A stretch of DNA of 64,000 nt from Ostreococcus lucimarinus. Lineage: Eukaryota. The stretch is from assembly GCA_000092065.1 (NCBI GenBank), contig CP000600.1. The stretch is one strand, 5' to 3'. A program made the translations under genes and the position numbers. Each line of letters begins with the position of its first letter. Position 1 is the first letter of the stretch. Under the pieces are notes generated by a model. That model was not told the DNA's origin. It saw nothing but the letters and a program-made list of their open reading frames with translations, and did no database searches. Below are positions 57,749-64,000 of this stretch, one piece after another.

Positions 57749-59086
57749 TCATCGCCAAAGTCGAGATTCGACAAGAAACGCGCGCAACTCTTTCAACCCC
57801 TTGTCGACGGCCAGCGCGTCGCGCTTGAAACGCAGCGGCTGCCGCATGTTGGGATTCGTCATCGTTTGCATTTCCGACAGCCAATGCTCCTCGCGCTCGT
57901 CCGCCACGCCGGCATCCATGCCCGCCTCTCGAGCACGCGCCCACATAAATCTCAACCACGCGCGGCGAAAATGGAATTCGTGAATCTCATCGTCGCTCAA
58001 CGCGCTCGAGTCGTCCTCGCTCGCTGCGTTACGTGATATGCTCGAAATCGCCGACGCACGACGCACGTCTGCGAGCGAAACGACGACGCGCTCTTCTATT
58101 CTACGTGACGCCAGATAACGCATCGCGATTTCCACGCCGAGCGCGTCTCTGAAATTCCTCGGCCACGATGGGTTCAAACTCGGTGGAAGCGACGTGTGCG
58201 TGGGACCGGCGTGTTCATCGGGTTGCACACCGTTTTCATCGTTCTCTACGGGCTCTTCGGTGTCCATCGCAGACGCCGATGCGGTCACGAGCGAGGTGTC
58301 TACTTCGTACGACGCCACCGGCTTCGCGCCGGCTTCTATCAAGACGTCGCCAATCTTTCTCGCGATCGATGCGTGCGTGTCGTCCTTCTCGAGGGCGATC
58401 CCAAACGCCCGCGTCCACGTTTCGGCTTCTTGTTTGATGTCCTCATCGATCGGCGCTAAGCCAAGGGCAATCATGAGGTTAAAATATCGCGCGCACCATC
58501 CCGCCTTGAGCGAAAACTCTCTCCGCTGCGCGTCGTCTAATACGTACTGGGACGCCGCCATCTTCGCAGCGCGCACCTCATCTCGTGCCTCCTGATCCCT
58601 CGCTAACGCCTCGTTATCGCGCTCGTTCGCCGAGTAAATCGCCGCCTCAAGCTGCGACGAAAGCATTTCTCTATGCGCCTCGAACTCGTGCTCGCGTCGA
58701 CGCAATTGCGCCTCCAGTCTCGTCAACACCCTCGCTTCACCGACGTTCTCCTCCCTCAGCGCGCGCACGCGCTCCTGCAGCTCCACCACCATCTCCGCCG
58801 ACGTCTTCGCCTTCCTTTCCGCCTCCTCCAGCGCTTCCCGCAACCGCGCGTTCTCCTCTCTCGCCGCCCGCTCGCTTTCCCGTCGCCGCTCCGACTCTCG
58901 CGCCGCCGCGTCGTCATCCGGCGACCGCATCCCCTGTCCCTGCGCGCTCGTCCGCCCGTTCCCTCCACCTCCCGTCGTCGTCGTCGTCGCCCGTTCCCCG
59001 CCCGCGGTTCGCCCTCTATTCGGCGATCGCGCCTCGCCTCGTTCGCGTTCGCGTTCCCCAAACTTTAACCGTTGTCGCGCGTCCAT
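57749..59086 (-). CDS. hypothetical coiled-coil protein with conserved C-terminal domain
   Basis: About 445 aa from ATG 59086 (MDARQRLKFGE...). N-terminal coiled coil (REENARLREALEEAERKAK...). Globular C-terminus (..AGWCARYFNLMIALGLAPIDEDIKQEAETW..). The start is uncertain. The ORF extends in-frame to 59341. Confidence 0.4.
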   Translation of the reverse strand: MDARQRLKFGERERERGEARSPNRGRTAGGERATTTTTGGGGNGRTSAQGQGMRSPDDDAAARESERRRESERAAREENARLREALEEAERKAKTSAEMVVELQERVRALREENVGEARVLTRLEAQLRRREHEFEAHREMLSSQLEAAIYSANERDNEALARDQEARDEVRAAKMAASQYVLDDAQRREFSLKAGWCARYFNLMIALGLAPIDEDIKQEAETWTRAFGIALEKDDTHASIARKIGDVLIEAGAKPVASYEVDTSLVTASASAMDTEEPVENDENGVQPDEHAGPTHTSLPPSLNPSWPRNFRDALGVEIAMRYLASRRIEERVVVSLADVRRASAISSISRNAASEDDSSALSDDEIHEFHFRRAWLRFMWARAREAGMDAGVADEREEHWLSEMQTMTNPNMRQPLRFKRDALAVDKGLKELRAFLVESRLWR

Positions 59087-59562
59087 CCATTCGTTCCCTT
59101 TTTTCCCCCGTTCCCGCGCCTCGCTCGCCGATTTCGCCGCGGTCGCGCGCCGCGTCGCGAATCGCTCGCCGTCGCCCTCGCGCGCGCGTTCGCGCGGCGT
59201 CGGCGCCGGCGGTTCGACGTCGACCTTTCGCGCCAACCTGCGTCGTCGAGCGATTCGCGTCAGTCTTCCCTCTCGCGGCGTCGCGCGCGCGTCGCGAATC
59301 GTCGCGCGCGCCGCGCGCGCGTCGCGCGATGTCTCTCGCACCTCGCCGCGACGTCGCGCGCGCGATCGAGCATCGCGCGCGTCGCGACGCGCGTCGAGCG
59401 CGCGTGTGACGTCACAGTCGCGCGCTCAAATCGAACATGCGCGCGCGCGCGTGCGCCTCGCGCGCGATTCCGCGCGCGGCGATCGCGCCGAGACGCGCGA
59501 ACGCGCGGTCGACGACGCGAACGGCGCGCTCGATCGCGGCGCGGGCGTCGAGAGAGGAGGAA

Positions 59563-60535
59563 ATGATGGCGAAACTCATGGGGATGATGGGACTCGGCGG
59601 CGACGGCATCGTCGCCGCGGCGGACGCGCTTCCGGGACGCGCGCAGGCGATGCGCGTGAGCGATCAGCACTACGTCTTGAAGGGGCACGCGATGCGCGCG
59701 CCGTTTCCCGAAAATCTCGAGCGGGCGACGTTCGCGACGGGGTGCTTTTGGGGGACGGAGAAGGTGCGACGACGACGACGCGAGCGCGACGCGGTGAGGG
59801 CGAGGGCGACGATCGAGACTGACGGGAGATTGCGGTGCGCGCGATAGATGTTCTGGCGCGTGCCGGGCGTGTACACGACGGCGGTGGGGTACGTCGGCGG
59901 TCACACGCCGAACCCGACGTACGAGGAGGTGTGCAGCGGACGCACCGGACACACCGAGTGCGTGCAAGTGCTCTACGATCCAGCCGTGGTGTCGTTCGCG
60001 GATTTGTTGGCGATGCACTGGACGTGCCACGATCCGACGCAGGGTAACCGACAAGGAAACGACCGAGGGACGCAGTACAGAAGCGGGATTTATTGCGACA
60101 CCGAGGCGCAGTTGGCCGTCGCGAAGGACTCCGCCGAGGCGTATTCCGAGGCGTTGAAAGCGGCGGGGAAGAATGGGGCGATCACGAGCGAAATCAAGGG
60201 ACCGGGCGATACGTTTTATTACGCCGAGGACTACCACCAGCAGTAGTGCGTGCATCGAACGCTTTCGCGTCTCGTCTCGAGCGTCTCGTCTCGCGAGCGC
60301 GAAGCGCGCCGACTGACCGACGACGCGTCTCGACCACCACAGTTTGGCCAAACCGCGCAGCCGACCGTACTGCTCCGCGCAACCGACGGGCGTGCCCGTG
60401 CCCGAGGCCTGGCTCAAGGCTAACGGCGCCAAATTCGGCGCTGGTTACTGGAAAACCTTCGGCCCCGCGCCCGGCTGCACCATCAACGTGCCCAACGCGC
60501 CCGTGACGCTCGAAGAAGCCCTGGCGGCCAACTAA
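59563..60535 (+). CDS. msrA: peptide methionine sulfoxide reductase MsrA, copy 1, 3 exons
   Basis: Exons 59563..59763, 59848..60245 and 60343..60535. The spliced product ...[13 protein letters not shown]|[45 protein letters not shown]...[11 protein letters not shown]|[18 protein letters not shown]... is collinear with MsrA (GCFWG active site, [29 protein letters not shown]). A Tyr codon is split TA|T across intron 2. Both introns have GTGCG(A/T) ... ACTGAC ... YAG. Confidence 0.88.
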
Positions 60536-60675
60536 CGCGCTCGAGCCGCATCACGCACTCTCGTTGTCATTCAAATCATTCAACGCACGCGAACGGACGA
60601 CGTCACGCGGGAACAACGCGACGCAACGCAATCCATCGTCCCGCCTCCGCGCCACTCTCCGCCTCGCGCGTCCCG

Positions 60676-61431
60676 ATGCAACAGTTGAAGAACATCTTCC
60701 GCGGCGCGTCCGCGTCGCAATCTCGCGCCCCGATCGTCGTCTCCTCGACGCATTACGTGTTGAAAACCGACGTGAAGCGAACGCCGAGCGGGCACGACGT
60801 CGTCGTCGTCGCCACGGGTTGTTTTTGGGGCGCGGAAAAGATGTTTTGGCGACTGCCGGGCGTGCACAGCACGTCGGTCGGGTACGTCGGCGGACGCGCG
60901 ACGAACCCGACGTACGAGGAGGTGTGCTCGGGCTCGACGGGACACACCGAGTGCGTTAAAGTGACGTACGACCCGCGGAAGGTGTCGTTCGCGGATTTGT
61001 TGGCGATGCACTGGACGTGCCACGACCCGACGCAGGGCGACGGGCAAGGCAACGACCGCGGGACGCAGTACAGGAGCGGGATTTATTGCACGACGGACGC
61101 GCAGTTAGCGATGGCGAAAGACTCGGCGAAAGCGTACGGGGAAGCGCTGCGGGCGGCGGGGAAGAGTGGGGCGATCACGAGCGAAATCAAGGGACCGGGC
61201 GATACGTTTTATTACGCCGAGGACTACCACCAGCAATACTTGGCCAAGCCCGGAAGCCGGCCGTATTGTTCGGCGCAACCGACGGGGGTGCCGATGCCCG
61301 TGACGTGGCTCGAGACGAACGGGGCGAAGTTTGGCGCCGGATTTTGGGCGAAGTACGGCCCGAAACCGACGTGCACGATTGGCGTGCCGAACGAACCGAT
61401 TTCGTCGGAAGACGCGTCCGCGGCGCGGTGA
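60676..61431 (+). CDS. msrA: peptide methionine sulfoxide reductase MsrA, copy 2, intronless
   Basis: Single 251-aa ORF with the same MsrA motifs ([28 protein letters not shown]...[23 protein letters not shown]). It lies 140 bp downstream of copy 1. Confidence 0.88.
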   Translation: MQQLKNIFRGASASQSRAPIVVSSTHYVLKTDVKRTPSGHDVVVVATGCFWGAEKMFWRLPGVHSTSVGYVGGRATNPTYEEVCSGSTGHTECVKVTYDPRKVSFADLLAMHWTCHDPTQGDGQGNDRGTQYRSGIYCTTDAQLAMAKDSAKAYGEALRAAGKSGAITSEIKGPGDTFYYAEDYHQQYLAKPGSRPYCSAQPTGVPMPVTWLETNGAKFGAGFWAKYGPKPTCTIGVPNEPISSEDASAAR

Positions 61432-61505
61432 ATTCCATCGACGTCGATCGCGGTGGGGTGTTGTTTACCATGTTTTTACTTTTTACACGTGAAAGCTCGA
61501 TCAGT

Positions 61506-61510
61506 TGTAA
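61506..61510 (+). promoter_or_regulatory. putative poly(A) signal TGTAA for msrA copy 2
   Basis: TGTAA 75 nt downstream of the stop, in a T-rich 3' region. Confidence 0.4.
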
Positions 61511-61632
61511 CCGAAGATTTAGATCGCTAAGCGTCGCGCGCGCGCGCGTCGTCGAGGTCGCGCGGTTACAATCGCGTCGAGCGTCGTCGAGGTCGCGCGG
61601 TTACAATCGCGTCGAGCGTCGCGTCTCGCGGC

Positions 61633-61872
61633 TCACCCGAAGACCACCTTGACGAAGACGACGATCGCGTTCAGCGCGATCAGGGGCACGCGCAGGTACG
61701 TCGCGGCGTTGATGACGCCGATGATCTGTCCCTTGGCGCTCGCGGGCGCGACCGCGCCGTCGCGGACGTCGCGCGCGGTGAGTCCGCGCTTCGCGAGGAA
61801 GCGCGGCTCGTTGAGGATCGCGACCGCGTTCGCGGCGAGCAGCGCGCTCTGCGTGAGCGTCCAGAGCGTCAT
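61633..61872 (-). CDS. Yos1/IER3IP1-like small ER-Golgi membrane protein
   Basis: 79 aa. MTLWTLTQSALLAANAVAILNEPRFL...RVPLIALNAIVVFVKVVFG parallels IER3IP1 (MAFTLYSLLQAALLCVNAIAVLHEERFL...RVPLIIVNSIAIVLLLLFG). ATG at 61872. Confidence 0.7.
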   Translation of the reverse strand: MTLWTLTQSALLAANAVAILNEPRFLAKRGLTARDVRDGAVAPASAKGQIIGVINAATYLRVPLIALNAIVVFVKVVFG

Positions 61873-62181
61873 GACGCGCGCGGGCGCTCGCGTCGAGGCG
61901 CCGTCGCGGTCGAGGCGCCGCGCGGCGTCGCGCGCGGCGCTGTGGCGTCGCGACGCGCGTTCAACGAATCGTGCGGGGCAATCGACGAGTCGTGACTCGA
62001 GAGGTGGGACGAGAGACACGATGGTGTTCGCGTCGATCGCGCGCGATCGCCGCACACCCGCGCGCGCCTCGACGCGCCGCCGCACGCCGCGCCGAACGCG
62101 CCGCGCGCACGCCCGTTCGCCCGCGCGCTCGCGCGCGAGAGACGCACCGCCCGAGCGCAGGACGCGCGCGCGAGAGACGCG

Positions 62182-63610
62182 ATGTCCGTGCCCGTGTCCA
62201 CGGGATGCGAGGTGAACGTCGCGCCGCGAGAGTATAAATCGGGCGAGATGCAGGCCGGTCTGAGCGACGGTGATCGCGCGCGTAAGGTGGCGTTCATCAC
62301 GGGCGTCACGGGGCAGGATGGGAGCTATCTCGTCGAGCTGTTGCTGTCGAAAGGTGCGAATGGCGCGATGGATAGATCGACCCGGAAAAGTTCCCGCATT
62401 CGCGCGTCGCGCGCGCGCGTCGGGGCGCGGATGGACGCGCGGGGGGGAGAGAACGATGGGAAAGTTTATTATGTCGAAACGTGCGCGCGCGGAGGGCGCG
62501 AAACGCGCGGAGGACGACGTCGTGAGGGAAAGATTATGGGAATTCCGGAAAGACGGCCGCGGTTGAGGTTGAGCGCGCGCGCGAACGGCGACTGACGGTT
62601 TTTAATGTTGCTTGGCGACGCGCGCAGGGTACACGGTGCACGGGATCAAGCGACGATCGTCTTCGTACAACCACCCGCGATTGGAACACATCATGGAGCC
62701 CGGATACCCGAACGGGCAGAATTTCTTCTTGCACTACGGCGACTTGACGGATTTGCACGCCCTCGTGGCGATCTGCCGCGACGTGAGACCGACGGAGGTG
62801 TATAACCTCGCCGCGCAGTCTCACGTGCAAGTGTCGTTCCAAATGCCGATGTACACCGCCGAAGTTGACGGCGTCGGGACGTTGAACTTGCTCGAAGCGA
62901 TTCGCTTGTCCGGGCAAGAGAAGACGGCGCGATTCTACCAAGCGTCCACGTCTGAGCTGTACGGCAAAGTGCAAGAGATCCCGCAGTCGGAGAAGACGCC
63001 GTTTTACCCGCGATCTCCTTACGCGGTGGCAAAAATGATGGCTTTCTGGGCCGTGGTGAACTACCGCGAGTCGTATGACATGTACGCGTGCAATGGAATT
63101 CTGTTCAACCACGAGTCGCCCCGCCGAGGGGAAACCTTCGTGACGCGCAAGATCACCCTCGCCGTGGCGAACATCAAGGCGGGCAAGCAAGAATGCTTGT
63201 ACCTCGGTAACATGGACGCCAAGCGTGATTGGGGCCACGCGCGCGACTACGTCGAGTGCATGTGGAAGATGCTTCAACAAGACACTCCGGAAGACTTCGT
63301 CGTCGCCACCGGGGAAACTAACACGGTGCGACACTTCGTCGACCGCGCGTTCGACGTCGCGGGCATGAAGCTCAAGTTCGAGGGTGAGGGCGTCGACGAA
63401 GTCGGTATCGAAATCGCCACCGGCCGCACTCTCGTTCGCGTGCACGAACGCTACTTCCGCCCCGCGGAGGTCGATCTTCTCATCGGTGATCCGTCCAAAG
63501 CGTTGAACAAGCTGAAGTGGAACCCGCGCACGACGTCGCTCGAGGAGCTCATCAAGGAGATGGTCGAGGCCGACATCGCGCGCATCGAAAACCCGGGCTT
63601 GCGATTCTAG
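62182..63610 (+). CDS. GMD: GDP-mannose 4,6-dehydratase, 2 exons
   Basis: Exons 62182..62353 and 62628..63610. The spliced product ...[24 protein letters not shown]|[21 protein letters not shown]...[13 protein letters not shown]...[35 protein letters not shown]...[11 protein letters not shown]... is collinear with GMD throughout. The Gly codon is split G|GG. The 274-nt intron has GTGCGA ... GCGACTGACGG ... CGCGCAG. Confidence 0.9.
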
Positions 63611-63661
63611 GCTGTGCTAGTTTTGCACGTAATTAAAGAAATATTTTATAGACGAGACGGT

Positions 63662-63666
63662 TGTAA
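63662..63666 (+). promoter_or_regulatory. putative poly(A) signal TGTAA for GMD
   Basis: TGTAA 52 nt downstream of the GMD stop, in the only AT-rich stretch of the region. Confidence 0.4.
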
Positions 63667-63716
63667 TGACGCACGAGGTACACGTTTGAGATGCATTTGA
63701 TGCGATGTGAAAAATA

Positions 63717-64000
63717 TTACACGACTGCCGACGTGAAGGCGGTGAGCCAAAATGTGACGGGAATGATGGCAAAGACGTATTGGCGCAACATCAATGCCGC
63801 TAAGCGAGTCGCCAACGGACGCGTCGCATCTCGCAACTGCGTCAATAGCACGAGGTTCTGCGCCGCAGGCATGCACGACATGGTGAGAAGCACCAACGCC
63901 GCCGAGCGATCGCTCGGAAACCACGGCGAGTTGAGCGCTCGTAGGAAAAGTAATCCGAACAAGCACGCGCCAGGAAGAAACACGAAACGAACTAAACACG
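63717..64000 (-). CDS. 3' end of a membrane-transport gene (possibly auxin-efflux-carrier/membrane transport protein family), truncated by window edge
   Basis: The C-terminal ~90 aa are hydrophobic with an AEC-like pattern (FLPGACLFGLLFLRAL...NLVLLTQL...YVFAIIPVTFWLTAF). The gene continues beyond position 64000. Confidence 0.3.
   Translation of the reverse strand, partial: CLVRFVFLPGACLFGLLFLRALNSPWFPSDRSAALVLLTMSCMPAAQNLVLLTQLRDATRPLATRLAALMLRQYVFAIIPVTFWLTAFTSAVV

Noticed and set aside
59260-60432. 390-aa minus-strand ORF antisense to msrA copy 1
   Set aside because: Arg/Pro/His-rich low complexity with no motif. It sits exactly opposite a gene with strong homology. It is a GC-driven spurious ORF.
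62534-63445. 303-aa minus-strand ORF antisense to GMD exon 2
   Set aside because: It lies opposite a gene with end-to-end homology to GDP-mannose 4,6-dehydratase and has no recognisable domain.
1-64000. Possibility that the window is prokaryotic or contains CRISPR, operons or mobile elements
   Set aside because: No direct-repeat/spacer arrays and no transposase, integrase or reverse-transcriptase motifs. The gene content (spliceosome, NF-YA, golgin, PsbO with a bipartite transit peptide), the spliceosomal introns and the TGTAA poly(A) signals are eukaryotic.

Overview
The window is a very GC-rich (~65-70%), gene-dense eukaryotic nuclear segment, most plausibly from a green-lineage picoalga (prasinophyte/Mamiellophyceae-like). 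I could model about 47 protein genes and one tRNA in 64 kb. The sequence shows chloroplast-targeted proteins (PsbO, siroheme UPM, plant-type APS reductase, FKBP), spliceosomal and nuclear proteins (DHX16/PRP2, PRP4, LSm3, NF-YA, RTF1), and TGTAA poly(A) signals. There is nothing prokaryotic such as operons or CRISPR. Most genes are intronless. The introns I could place (PsbO, LSm3, NUDT1, bL33, ccsA, msrA-1, GMD, Alfin-like) share one architecture: a GTGCG(T/A/G) donor, an ACTGAC branch point 20-40 nt upstream, and a YAG acceptor. I used this rule to build the spliced models. Intergenic spacers are tiny; head-to-head gene pairs lie 77-155 bp apart and convergent stop codons can be 50 bp apart. 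The most interesting items are: (i) a plastid-type ccsA (cytochrome c biogenesis) gene with nuclear GC content that has gained an upstream presequence exon and an intron, suggesting organelle-to-nucleus transfer; (ii) an Alfin-like (PAL-domain) chromatin reader whose spliced C-terminus is a Tudor-like barrel instead of the canonical PHD finger; (iii) a tRNA-Arg(ACG) with an unusually long 88-nt canonical-position intron; (iv) tandem msrA paralogues, one with two introns and one intronless; (v) a bacterial-type AlkD DNA glycosylase gene abutting a thioredoxin-like [2Fe-2S] ferredoxin ORF through an ATGA stop/start overlap; (vi) a 99-bp tandem repeat array in a divergent promoter. Because of the GC content, many long antisense ORFs in the six-frame track are artefacts, and I rejected them. 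All functional calls rest on remembered family motifs, not on searches.
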